Below are positions 30,565-40,413 of a DNA stretch of 64,000 nucleotides, one piece after another. The notes under the pieces were generated by a model. That model saw only the letters and a list, made by a program, of their open reading frames with translations, was not told the DNA's origin and searched no databases. The stretch lies in NCBI GenBank assembly GCA_963716255.1, contig OY970303.1, positions 2,816,001 through 2,880,000 on the forward strand, given 5' to 3'. Positions within the stretch are counted from its first letter, which is position 1, and every line of letters begins with the position of its first letter. A program made the position numbers and the translations under genes. Source of the stretch: an uncultured Gemmatimonadales bacterium. Its GTDB lineage: Bacteria; Gemmatimonadota; Gemmatimonadetes; Longimicrobiales; Longimicrobiaceae.

Positions 30565-32337
30565 TAGTGCGCGAGTGGAGGAGCCTCGCCGCCGCCGACG
30601 TGGTCCGTTGGCTCGACCGGCACGGAATGGACCCCCGCCTCGGTGGCAAGATCGTCGGCTACTACGGCTCGGAGGCGGTGGCGAAGCTGAGCGCCGACCC
30701 CTACCGGCTGCTTGCCTTCGACCCTCGCTGGAAGCGGGTGGACCGCCTCGCGCGCACCGTCTTCGGGGTCGGCGAGGACGATCCTCGGCGGCTGCACGCC
30801 GCCGCGGCCGAGGCACTCTACCGCGAGCTCGACCGCCAGAACACCGCGGCGGATGCGGCCACACTGCTCGCTGCGGTGGAGCGCCTGCTCGGCAGCGGCC
30901 ATCTCGCGCGGCGTGCGCTGAACGAGACGTACGCCGACGGGGGCTTCGTCGAGAGCGGCGGAATGTACCAGGCCCGCGGCGTGTACCTGATGGAGCGCTT
31001 CATCGCCGCCTTCGTGGCCGACCGTGCGGCCGGTCGCGCGCAGCTCGACCTGCTCCGCCAGGAGGCGGCCGTCGGGCAGGTGATCGGCGCGTTCGAGCGG
31101 GAGGAACACGGCCTCGGGGACGAGCAGCGGCGGGCGGTCCGTCTCGCGCTGGCGTCCCGCTTTGCGGTCATCACCGGCGGCGCCGGCGTGGGCAAGACGA
31201 GCGTGCTGAAGGCGGTGCACCGGTGCGCCGAGGCGGCCAAGGGACGCGTGCTCCAGATGGCGCTCTCCGGACGCGCGGCCAAGCGCCTGAGCGAGGCGAC
31301 CGGCCGGCCCGCCATGACGATCGCCGGCTTCCTCCAGAACACCACCTCGTGCGACCTCGCCGGGTACAGTCACCTCGTGGTGGACGAGGCTTCCATGCTG
31401 GACGTGCTCCACGCGTTCCGCATCTTCCGCCGTGTCCCCGCCTCCATGGACGTGGTCCTGGTCGGGGACGCGTTCCAGCTCCCTCCCATCGGGCCGGGGC
31501 TGGTCTTCCACCTGATCTGCGAGGAGGACCTCCCGGTCGCGCGCCTCACGAAAGTCTACCGGCAGACGGGTGAGACCGGGATCCCGGAGGTGTCGAAGCG
31601 CGTCCGGGACGGCGAATGGCCGGGCCTGCCGCCATACGGCGGGCGAGCTCCCGGGGTCTGCTTCGTTCCAACTGGCGCGGGTGAGATGGCGGAGGCGGTC
31701 CTGCGGATCTACGACGACCTGGGCGGCCCGGATCCACAGAGCGACGTCCAGGTGCTCTGCGCGACCCGGGCGGAGCGGCCCTGGGGCACGGCCGGGATCA
31801 ACACTCTCCTGCACGGCCGGTATGCCGCCGGCGGCGCCGAGCTCGTCGCCCTGGACGATGCCGGCGGTGTCGCTCCGACGGGCATCGCCGTGGGCGACCC
31901 GGTTCTCTTCACCCGAAACGACTGGGACCGCCAGGTCTTCAACGGCTCGCTCGGGCGCGTGCTGGAGGTTGCCCCACCGGCGGCGGTCCTCGACCGCGGC
32001 AGTCCGGTCTGCCGGGTGGAGTTCGACGGGAAGCAGCTCCCGCTGACCAGCGAGGACATGGAGTTCGTGGAGCTCGCCTACGCCATCACCGTGCACAAGG
32101 CGCAGGGGTCGCAGTTCCGCCGCGTGATCGTTCCCGTTTGGCCGTCGCGGCTCCTGGACCGGACCCTCGTCTACACCGCGATCACCCGCAGCGTGGAACA
32201 GGTCGTCCTGGTGGGCGACGAGGCCGCGGCCCGGCGCGCCACAGAGCAGGTGCCGCTCGTGCTGAGGCGCGCGGTCGGCCTCCACCATCTGCTGGGCGCG
32301 GCCCAGCGCCCCCAGCCCACGCCTCTGGGAGGCTGAC

Positions 32338-33705
32338 ATGCCGCGGAAGCCACCCTACACCCTGGTCTTCACGGATCCCACGTTCCGGGTCGCCCGTCGG
32401 TCCTACCCCCACGTCCCGCTGCTGGTCAGCCGGCAGGGCGTTGTCGTGGAGCCGGCCTCCGACTGGCTCCGGTCCCTGGCCGTCCACCATGCGACCACCC
32501 GCAGCACGCTCCAGCAGTACGCCTCGATCCTCCAGCTCTACTGGAACCACCTCGGGAACCGCAGGTGGGACCGGATCGACGACCACTTCCTCCTGGAGTG
32601 GAGAAACGAGCAGGAAACCCTTGGGGTACACCGGGGAACCATCAACGAGCGCCTCCGGCTGGTGTTCCGCTTCTATTGGTGGGCACAGCAGAACGGCTAT
32701 GTCCGCGACCTGATCGGAGAAGCCGATTGGGACCACGAGGGGCGCAAGGTGCCGCCCCCGATCCGCGCCGCAGTCCGCAGATCCGGCGGGGGCGACGGCG
32801 TGACGCGGACGACTTACACCAGCAACCTCCTCTACAGGAACACGGGGAGAGCGCGCAACGCCCATACCCCGACCGGCGAAGAGACAGCCAGGGTGCACGA
32901 GCACCTGGCCGACACGGCATACGAACTCTCGGTGCGGAATACCCTGATGGCGTCGTGGGCCGAAGAGCTGGGGCTTCGCCGCAAGGAGTTCGCCGCCCTC
33001 CGCGTGGCGCAGATCCCCCGCGAGGACACCATCCGGGAACTGCTCGAGTCGGCGGAACTGTACCCGATGGAGCTGGTGGTGACCAAGGGGCAGAAGAACC
33101 GCTCTGTCCCTGTCACTCCCGAGCTGCTGCTCCGCACCTGGGACTTCATCGTCTGCGAGCGGGCCGACATGATCGCAGCCATCCAGAAGCGGAATGCGGC
33201 GTACCGCCCGCCCGAGGAGATCTTCCTCTCCAGCAGGACGGGAGAGGTGATGAACCTCACCGCGATCTCCAACCTGCTGGGCCGGGCCTTCCGGGCGGCG
33301 AAGGTCCCCGGATGGGGGCACCGCCTCCGTGCCCGTTTCCTCACCAACCTGACGGAAGCGTACTTCCAGATCGAGTACGACCGGAATGGCAACAAGTACA
33401 ACCCCGAGACCATCCTGCTCAAGGTGGCCGAGGTCGCCGGCCACGAGCGCATGGAGACGCTCCGGCCCTACCTGAATCTCGTGGCGAAGCGCTTTTTCGA
33501 GACCGACGAAGCTCAGCGGTTCGTTAACGCATGCGCGAGAGACCTTTCGCGGACCCGCCTGCTCCAGGAACGCATCCGGCAGCTGGCGCGGATGGAGCGC
33601 CTCGAAAAGGATCTGGCCGAGGTGATCGGCGCTGAGGCGGCCACCCGGGCTGCTGGGGTCATGAGTCAGCTCCTGCGCGAGCTGGCAAGTGGGGGACCCG
33701 AGTAG
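32338..33705 (+). CDS. Tyrosine recombinase (GinA-like)
   Basis: LGLRRKE, TKG, GHRLRARF and AGHERMETLRPY (full R-K-H-R-H-Y set). Confidence 0.88.
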   Translation: MPRKPPYTLVFTDPTFRVARRSYPHVPLLVSRQGVVVEPASDWLRSLAVHHATTRSTLQQYASILQLYWNHLGNRRWDRIDDHFLLEWRNEQETLGVHRGTINERLRLVFRFYWWAQQNGYVRDLIGEADWDHEGRKVPPPIRAAVRRSGGGDGVTRTTYTSNLLYRNTGRARNAHTPTGEETARVHEHLADTAYELSVRNTLMASWAEELGLRRKEFAALRVAQIPREDTIRELLESAELYPMELVVTKGQKNRSVPVTPELLLRTWDFIVCERADMIAAIQKRNAAYRPPEEIFLSSRTGEVMNLTAISNLLGRAFRAAKVPGWGHRLRARFLTNLTEAYFQIEYDRNGNKYNPETILLKVAEVAGHERMETLRPYLNLVAKRFFETDEAQRFVNACARDLSRTRLLQERIRQLARMERLEKDLAEVIGAEAATRAAGVMSQLLRELASGGPE

Positions 33706-33852
33706 ACCCAAGCGGCGACGCGGCTGCGGAGCACAGTGACCACGCGGTCAGCGCGATCACCGCCGGCTCTTGCCACCGTCGAGCCCAGGTCAAACTGGCC
33801 CGGTGAAGGCCGCTCGCAACGTGCACCCTGCGACGAGCGGGGATCGACAGCA

Positions 33853-34629
33853 CTAGAAGATCCCTATCCTCAGTCCTGTAGGGGTTTCCGTGATCCTGAC
33901 CTCCTCCAAAATGCCGTAGAAGTGATTGACGGCGGCTTCGAGCGGAGCGAGGAAGTCGGCAAACGCTTGTGAGAACGTGTCCGCAAGCTCTTCGGTCGTG
34001 TGCTCCGGTGAATCCCCGGGCCCCACAACTAGACTTCGCTCTTTCCCGTCGTCCGATACCTCCCACCGGCGCCGCCGATGATACACGAGCCCCATCCCCG
34101 CGACGGTGGGTGGCTGGTGGTGAACCCACTTGCCACGGTACGCCATCGTGCGCCTCCACGCCCGAGAGCGCCGTAATGCTCTGACAGCCTCCGTAAGCGG
34201 CAAGCCGGAGGCTGCTTGGGAGAGATACTTCCTCACGCGCTCCCACTCGCTGACGCCCTTTGGCAACTGATCTCTTGGTACGTCCAGCATTGCTCGAACC
34301 GCGGCTGCAAGATGCTCAGCAGCCGAGTAGAGGCGCAGTGCGGCATTGTCCAGGTAGAAACGCTCGAAGAATACCGCTTCCATTGCCTTGTCTTCGCCGC
34401 GTAGCCTGGTCCCTTCTACACACGCCTGATCGAGCGAATACATCACTTCCCCCAGCGTGATCCGACAGTCGTTCAAGCAGACGGCGGCGATCGGGATATC
34501 GCTATCATAGTCAAAGGCGTGCGATATCTGATCGGGCAGCAGCATAATGATGCGGTCCATGAGGCGTTCAAACGCACTGAGCCGAATCCTGAGAGCGTCA
34601 ACGCACGGGTAACGTGTTACCATTTCCAT
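33853..34629 (-). CDS. HEPN-like protein (Cthe_2314-like)
   Basis: FYLDNAALRLYSAAEHL helix; RGKWVH = Rx4H. Confidence 0.55.
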   Translation of the reverse strand: MEMVTRYPCVDALRIRLSAFERLMDRIIMLLPDQISHAFDYDSDIPIAAVCLNDCRITLGEVMYSLDQACVEGTRLRGEDKAMEAVFFERFYLDNAALRLYSAAEHLAAAVRAMLDVPRDQLPKGVSEWERVRKYLSQAASGLPLTEAVRALRRSRAWRRTMAYRGKWVHHQPPTVAGMGLVYHRRRRWEVSDDGKERSLVVGPGDSPEHTTEELADTFSQAFADFLAPLEAAVNHFYGILEEVRITETPTGLRIGIF

Positions 34630-34632
34630 CGT

Positions 34633-35157
34633 TCAGCTTCCACGTCGGACCACGGAACGTGTGGGTCTTGCGCACCATAAGCCTACGTCGAAGGAGAACG
34701 GCGCGCTCTTGAACACACGGCCCAACTCATCTGCGAAGTACCCGAACAACACAGGAGGAGCCGAGTAGCCACTCGGAGTCAGGGGGGCATCGGGGATCCC
34801 GAACTTCTTCAACTGCGTAGAGATGAATTCAATCTGCACAGGCACCCAACACGCTTGGCCGGGCGCAAGAGTATACGGAAACTCTGCAGGCTCCCAGGTA
34901 AGCATCGGAAAAGCAGTTGGAGTCCCCTCAATCCACATGGTCGGTCGCAGCAGGTGGACCGGCTTCTCTCCAACATTCGCCGCGCGTACGCTAACGATTG
35001 GCGGCCCGAGGCCATAGTCGGCAGTAGCCAAGTAAGCGACCTCCATCGTCACGTGCAGGCGGGGCTTGCGGTCACGGTAGCTACGCCAACCCTGGTAGGT
35101 TCCCAAACCCGCACCATACGCGCCCAGTAGCGCTCCGATGAACTCAGCCGTTCCCAT
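34633..35157 (-). CDS. Hypothetical protein with N-terminal TM helix
   Basis: GAGGAGG-like RBS; TM followed by a beta-rich domain; 3 bp from the next gene. Confidence 0.6.
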   Translation of the reverse strand: MGTAEFIGALLGAYGAGLGTYQGWRSYRDRKPRLHVTMEVAYLATADYGLGPPIVSVRAANVGEKPVHLLRPTMWIEGTPTAFPMLTWEPAEFPYTLAPGQACWVPVQIEFISTQLKKFGIPDAPLTPSGYSAPPVLFGYFADELGRVFKSAPFSFDVGLWCARPTRSVVRRGS

Positions 35158-35231
35158 AATTCCCTCCTCTCAACCGGCGATTTGCGCACAGCCGATCACG
35201 TCCCATCCCCATCGCCCACCACCGAATATAC

Positions 35232-35311
35232 ACCGAATCCCGTTGCAGCCCAAGCGCTGTGGACACTACAGGGAAGCTATACCTTGGGCGCGTCCTGAAG
35301 CGATGTTGGGG
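35232..35311 (+). other. Degenerate attC-like site
   Basis: ACCGAAT..TTGCAGCCCAAG...CTTGGG..CTGAAG..GTTGGGG. Confidence 0.4.
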
Positions 35312-35435
35312 CTGGAGAATTCGCGGTTCGCTTGATACTGGCTCGTTGGTCGGAACTTACTTATCATATGCGACCCTTTCAGCCCGGCGACAGGCCTCGT
35401 CAATCTTGCTCCCCATCGATCAGAATCCGAACAGA

Positions 35436-35918
35436 ATGGGCTACTCCGTTTTCGTCAGCTATAGTGCTCCTGACCGAGCGCTCGTCCAGGCCATCCGCGA
35501 TGCAGCCAGGCCGATGGATATCAGCGTGTACAGCTACGACATCGACTTGCGGCCGGGGGTCAACCTCCCGGCGAAGCTCATCAATCGCATTCAAGTAAGC
35601 GACGCAGTGATTGCTCTCCTCACGGCCCAAGGGGCTGCATCCCCGGCCGTGAACCAGGAGATCGGTGCAGCGAGACAGGCCGGGAAGCTGGTTATCCCGA
35701 TCATCGAGAAAGGGGTAGATCCGGCACGCCTGACCTTCCTGCAAGGGCTGGAATACGAAGTTCTCGACCGCACGAACGTCTCCGCGACGATCATCCGCCT
35801 GACGAGCCGCCTCGGAGCGCTCAAGGCCAGTAATGACCGCGCCAAGTGGATCGTTGCCACCGTGGTGGGAGGCTTGTTCCTGTGGGCGAATCGTGGTGGA
35901 GAGGTGGACGACGAGTAG
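35436..35918 (+). CDS. TIR-domain protein with C-terminal TM helix
   Basis: YSVFVSYS, SPAVNQEIGAA (catalytic Glu), VIPII; C-terminal WIVATVVGGLFLW. Confidence 0.82.
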   Translation: MGYSVFVSYSAPDRALVQAIRDAARPMDISVYSYDIDLRPGVNLPAKLINRIQVSDAVIALLTAQGAASPAVNQEIGAARQAGKLVIPIIEKGVDPARLTFLQGLEYEVLDRTNVSATIIRLTSRLGALKASNDRAKWIVATVVGGLFLWANRGGEVDDE

Positions 35919-35972
35919 ACGGAGCAAAGAGTAGGGGAGCTGCACGAGCTGGGCACACTCAACGAGCAAATC

Positions 35973-36341
35973 ATGACCTACTTCGGGGATCCAGTCAGCG
36001 ACCAGGCACCATGGGTACCACGGACGTTCCCTCAGATCGAGACCATCCAGATTGAGGTTGACCGCGCGGAAGGTGTATGGGAGAAGGATCGCTCCGTCCG
36101 CCGCTACGACCGTGAGAGTTTCCGGGGGGAGGCCATCCCTTGTGGCAATCACACCTGTTTCGGCGGGTTCGCAGACCTGACTTCGATCATCCGCGAGATG
36201 GTCCGAAACAAGGAGACCCACCGGGAATCGAGAGAGGGATGTCCGGGCTACGAGGGATCTCCAAAAGGAAAGATCCTGCGGCGGCGCTGTCGTTATCGGT
36301 TCATCATTCGAATCGACATCAAGTATCACGACGCCAGCTGA
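35973..36341 (+). CDS. Hypothetical protein with four Cys (possible Zn binding)
   Basis: CGNHTC...GCPG...RRCR. Confidence 0.55.
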   Translation: MTYFGDPVSDQAPWVPRTFPQIETIQIEVDRAEGVWEKDRSVRRYDRESFRGEAIPCGNHTCFGGFADLTSIIREMVRNKETHRESREGCPGYEGSPKGKILRRRCRYRFIIRIDIKYHDAS

Positions 36342-36684
36342 TCGAGAGAACTCTGCGTGAGGGATATTCGAGGAAGCGGCAAAGGCAAGTAAGGGAGTGG
36401 CCAAAGAGGAAGGCTGCTCTAACGAGACAACCACTGCGGCTAGCCCGGCTTACGATTACTTCCGCTTTCCAAATCGGTCACACACGCTCCAGCCGCTTGG
36501 TTGCCGGAACGTCGATGGATTCATGGGCCAGCGGCCCTCAGGGGCGGGCCGTCGGCAAGGGCACATGCCGGGTGCTTGCAGCTGGACGTCCCTTATAGAA
36601 GTCCCTCCCGATTGCGGAAGCCGCTGTATGGGAAGGGGCTATAACTAATTGCATACCGGCCCAGCTCTCACTGACTCAACCCGA

Positions 36685-37842
36685 TCACTTATCGGGGAAA
36701 TCACTCGGCACACTTCCGTACTGGGTGACTGCACGCTCGATCGTTGCCAATGTACCCGAATGTTCAAACGGGAATTTGGGCCAGTCAGGAAAACTAAGGA
36801 ATGCATACTTCCCTGGGTCAGGCGTTCCGCGAGCGCCATAATCATGCGGAAAATTGGTTAATACCATCGCCGTGAGAGGAACTCCCTCAAACACTCCAAC
36901 CTGATTGTATCCGTGGCCAACTCGTGATAGCATCTGCCGCGCCTCTTGGATCCACATTTCCTGCTCCTCCGTTGCGATTTCAGGGGGCATATTTGCATCA
37001 ATGAAGATCACATATGGAAACCGAGGAAACTTCTTGACAGCATCCCGGAGAAGGCCCTCAAGGCTCAACCGGAAATCTTCTCGGTTAGGTTTCGGTCCAA
37101 TCCAGCCCATCACACCACTCCGCCGACGGCTTTTTGCCTCCACTGCAACGACTTCCCCACTACGTTTGTGAGTAGCGATGAACTCTGGATGCTTGCGGCG
37201 GTTATCATCCTCTTCCTCAAACGTTAGGTCGAAACCTGCTCTAATCATCGTCGCTGCGACGGCAAGCTCGTAGCGAGCCCCTTGGAAGTGATTCACGTCT
37301 TTCAGCCGCCGTATGACTGCTTCTTGGAGCCGCTGATTATCGGCTAACACGTATAGATCGTATGCCAGGAGCAGATATGCAGCGGTTGGTCCATCAGGCA
37401 CAGCCGATGAAATCCCATCATGCCCTTTGGGTGTCTTCGCTTGTAACTCACACAACGCGTCGTACCACTGGAGGATAGGGTGCCGCCGTTCCAAGGGCTT
37501 TTTCAGCTCGGCCACAGCCCATTGGTGACCAAACGTTTGATTTAGAACACCCTTGACGTAACTGAAGAGAAAATCTGGAAAGGTTTTCCATCTTTCTGAG
37601 CCCCACAAACTGCCGCCTACAGCCACAAGCTTCTGGTTCTGGAAGTCGGCGTGAATTATAGGACGGACGTCCCCATACGCTGCCAGCCGGGCATTTTCCT
37701 TCTCGCGCTCCGTGGCAATCGCCTGTAGCACATAATCTGGAATCGGTGTGGAAGTAAGCCGAGCTTTGCTGGGATCGCCACAGCAGGCCTTGTGCTTCTT
37801 TCCACTTCCGCAGGAACACGGTTGGTTGCGTTGAGTTGCCAT
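36685..37842 (-). CDS. SEC-C motif protein with a possible PD-(D/E)xK-like C-terminal domain
   Basis: NQPCSCGSGKKHKACCG; HPEF...VAVEAKS. Confidence 0.75.
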   Translation of the reverse strand: MATQRNQPCSCGSGKKHKACCGDPSKARLTSTPIPDYVLQAIATEREKENARLAAYGDVRPIIHADFQNQKLVAVGGSLWGSERWKTFPDFLFSYVKGVLNQTFGHQWAVAELKKPLERRHPILQWYDALCELQAKTPKGHDGISSAVPDGPTAAYLLLAYDLYVLADNQRLQEAVIRRLKDVNHFQGARYELAVAATMIRAGFDLTFEEEDDNRRKHPEFIATHKRSGEVVAVEAKSRRRSGVMGWIGPKPNREDFRLSLEGLLRDAVKKFPRFPYVIFIDANMPPEIATEEQEMWIQEARQMLSRVGHGYNQVGVFEGVPLTAMVLTNFPHDYGARGTPDPGKYAFLSFPDWPKFPFEHSGTLATIERAVTQYGSVPSDFPDK

Positions 37843-37986
37843 GGGAAATTAGATGGTAAGCATCGAACGTGATGCTCTTACGCCCAAATTAGACCCAAGC
37901 TTAGTCCGCACGGCGCTAGGCCCGCAGCCTTGTGCCTCCACGTGCACTGGAACGCCTGACACGCGTCTCTCTGAGAGATAAAGTGG

Positions 37987-38313
37987 CTACCCTGCCTCGA
38001 AATCAACGCGTTCCCGTACCTCATGGCTGCCGACGAGGATCGACATACCACGCACTACACCCCTGCTAGGCGTGCACACGTGATACAGCTTACGTCCGGG
38101 CTCGTAGAGAATCGCGAGCACTTGTTCACCGTTCAAAGGCGTCGCCTCACCAATCGTTACAGTATATTCTCGTCCTCCGTGAAAGTACCGCAGCCGATAA
38201 ATGCGGTCGTCTGCGAAGTGGGCTCCGAGTTCCGTTCCGAGGAACTGCCGGATGGTGGCATAGACCCGCTCCTCCTGTTCCGCATCGTCGGCAAAAGGAA
38301 GGAAGAATTTCAT
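37987..38313 (-). CDS. Hypothetical protein
   Basis: MKFFLPFADD... 108-aa ORF. Confidence 0.6.
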   Translation of the reverse strand: MKFFLPFADDAEQEERVYATIRQFLGTELGAHFADDRIYRLRYFHGGREYTVTIGEATPLNGEQVLAILYEPGRKLYHVCTPSRGVVRGMSILVGSHEVRERVDFEAG

Positions 38314-38375
38314 AAGTCCACCATAGGTTCCTGTGGGCAGCACCGGCGCTGGTAAAATGCTCGGCCGTGGAGATG

Positions 38376-39116
38376 TTAGGAGCCCTTCCCGTTGGGGTAA
38401 ATTAGCTCCTGTTGTGCGTCGAAAACAACTTGGGCCAGGGTAGAGAAGACGATCTCAAGCAGTTGCCCAATTGCGTAGTTACTCTCGCGCATCCACCTGG
38501 TCCATGCCCATCGAATCTTCTTGTGCTCTACCCGGTAGATTCGCTGGTAAATTTCTACGCTATTTTCCTGCACGATAGTCTCCAGCATGCCAAGCCGGTC
38601 TAGATCGGCTGAATCGAACCGCTCCTCGTGGACATGCGCTCCCCTAGCGCGCCGGATCGGTTCGAGGGAAGCGATTGCTATGCGCTCCAGCCGTTCAGCT
38701 ACGGCCTCCACAAGGTTAGCGCGAGGCGAGTACCGATATGCTCTTCGCAACCACTTCAGGTATGCGATAATCCGTTCTTGCAGGATATAAACCTCCTGGA
38801 GATAAGCTTCGATGTGGAACCGCAGATATCTCACACGAGTGATCCTGGTTTTCCCGAACGGGAATCTCCGGATGTACACCTCCGCATCCAAGAGGGTTTG
38901 ATAGGAGATTTCAATCTCTCCGAAGCCGCGAAAGGCCTTGTGGAAGAAGTTCTCGTCCCGCGAGCGCGGCAGGTTCAAATACTTGGGACCTTCCAAGTCG
39001 AACAATGCGTTTCTATAAACCTTCGTTACCTCCTCGCCGTGGGTAGCCTCGATACGATCCGACTCGGCGTTCGCAATCGCCATCAGCCGTGATTTGAAGT
39101 CAGCGTAGGCTGTCAT
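38376..39116 (-). CDS. HEPN-like protein
   Basis: YLRFHIEAYLQEVYILQER helix; RGAHVH = Rx4H. Confidence 0.55.
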   Translation of the reverse strand: MTAYADFKSRLMAIANAESDRIEATHGEEVTKVYRNALFDLEGPKYLNLPRSRDENFFHKAFRGFGEIEISYQTLLDAEVYIRRFPFGKTRITRVRYLRFHIEAYLQEVYILQERIIAYLKWLRRAYRYSPRANLVEAVAERLERIAIASLEPIRRARGAHVHEERFDSADLDRLGMLETIVQENSVEIYQRIYRVEHKKIRWAWTRWMRESNYAIGQLLEIVFSTLAQVVFDAQQELIYPNGKGS

Positions 39117-39431
39117 CGTTGGACCACTTTTTTCCAGCCGCACATACCCCCCTAGGTGAAGTTCCGAAGGCCGCGAATCGGATGCGGAGAAGTTACAGGG
39201 CAGCGGGAATTGCGGGCTACGTACACCGTGACAACTGTGCCATGTACTTCCCGCCAAACCGATGTATCACACCTACGGAACAGCAACAACTCCAGACCGA
39301 GGAACGGGGCCGGGACGAGAAACAATGAATACCACGGAAGCCCGCGGGCGAGGAGGGGACCTTGCGCGGCTCGCATGCGCCTCGTACCATTCTTACGTAT
39401 TTCTTATGGTACTCAGGACCCTGGAGTCCGC

Positions 39432-40406
39432 ATGTCGCCGACCCTCTTCGCACGTCCTCACTTCAGCTGGTCCCATTCCCGCGACCGCGCTCTTCTCGAG
39501 TGCGCCCGGGCATACTACTGGCGCTTCTACGGCAGTCACAACGGCTGGATTCAGGACGCTGAGGGTGAGGCGCGCCTGAGTTACGTGCTGAAGCACCTGA
39601 CGACCCTCCCGATCCTGCTCGGGACGGCCGTGCACGACTGCGCGCGGCGGTGTGCGCTCGCGACCCGGCACGGAGGCTCCCGGCCGACGTTCGAAGCGAT
39701 GCTGGCCCGCGTTTCAGACGAACTCAACTGCGCGGTGCTCGGCTCCCACCACCGGGCCCGGTTCCTCCGCGATCCGAAGCGGCACCTGATGCTCCGCGAC
39801 GTGTGGTACACGGGCCGCCACGATGGCGCCGCCCTGGTGGAGGCCGCGGCGAAGGCTCGCCTCTGCCTGCACAATCTGCGGGACACCGCCGTCTGGTCCG
39901 AGTTGGAGGCGTGCCGGCCGGAGTGGGTGACGGTCATCGACAGTCCCGCGGCCTTCGTGCACGAGGGATGGCCGGTGTACGCCGGTCCAGACCTCGTGTA
40001 TCAGCCGGCCGGCCGACGCGTCGTGATCCTAGACTGGAAGACCGGGGACGAGACCGACGCGGAGCTCCAGCTCCCGCTCTACGCACTCTACTGCCGGAAA
40101 GCGCTCGGCCTACGATTTCGGGATGGAGAGTGGTTCGGCCGGGTGGTGAACCTGGCGAGTGGCGAGGACCGGACCGTCGAGATCACCCGCGTCGACCTGC
40201 TGCGTGCGGTGGAGCGGATCCGCAGCAGCATCCAGACGATGCATGCGATGCTGGAGGATCCCGAACGGAATGAGCCCCGAGACCGGGAGGCGTTTCCGCT
40301 CGCATCTGAGAACCGGCGACACGCCTGCCGGTCCTGCATGTTCTTCGCCCTCTGCGAGGAGGACCTGGCGTCCGAACCGGGGGTTGGTGCCTACAATCCC
40401 TTGTAG
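39432..40406 (+). CDS. PD-(D/E)xK nuclease, RecB/AddB/Cas4-like
   Basis: FSWS...EC, PDLV, ILDWKTG, LQLPLYALY and CRSCMFFALC. Confidence 0.85.
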   Translation: MSPTLFARPHFSWSHSRDRALLECARAYYWRFYGSHNGWIQDAEGEARLSYVLKHLTTLPILLGTAVHDCARRCALATRHGGSRPTFEAMLARVSDELNCAVLGSHHRARFLRDPKRHLMLRDVWYTGRHDGAALVEAAAKARLCLHNLRDTAVWSELEACRPEWVTVIDSPAAFVHEGWPVYAGPDLVYQPAGRRVVILDWKTGDETDAELQLPLYALYCRKALGLRFRDGEWFGRVVNLASGEDRTVEITRVDLLRAVERIRSSIQTMHAMLEDPERNEPRDREAFPLASENRRHACRSCMFFALCEEDLASEPGVGAYNPL

Positions 40407-40413
40407 TCCACGA

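Larger units (their letters stand above)
28937..32336 (+). pseudogene. RecD2/TraA-like SF1B helicase interrupted by IS630
   Basis: N part GGIGPVLAKQL; C part ADPYRL, GGAGVGKT, VVDEASM, GDAFQLPPIGPG, AYAITVHKAQGSQF and YTAITR; IS removal restores Q-N-L-V-R-E-W. Confidence 0.9.
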
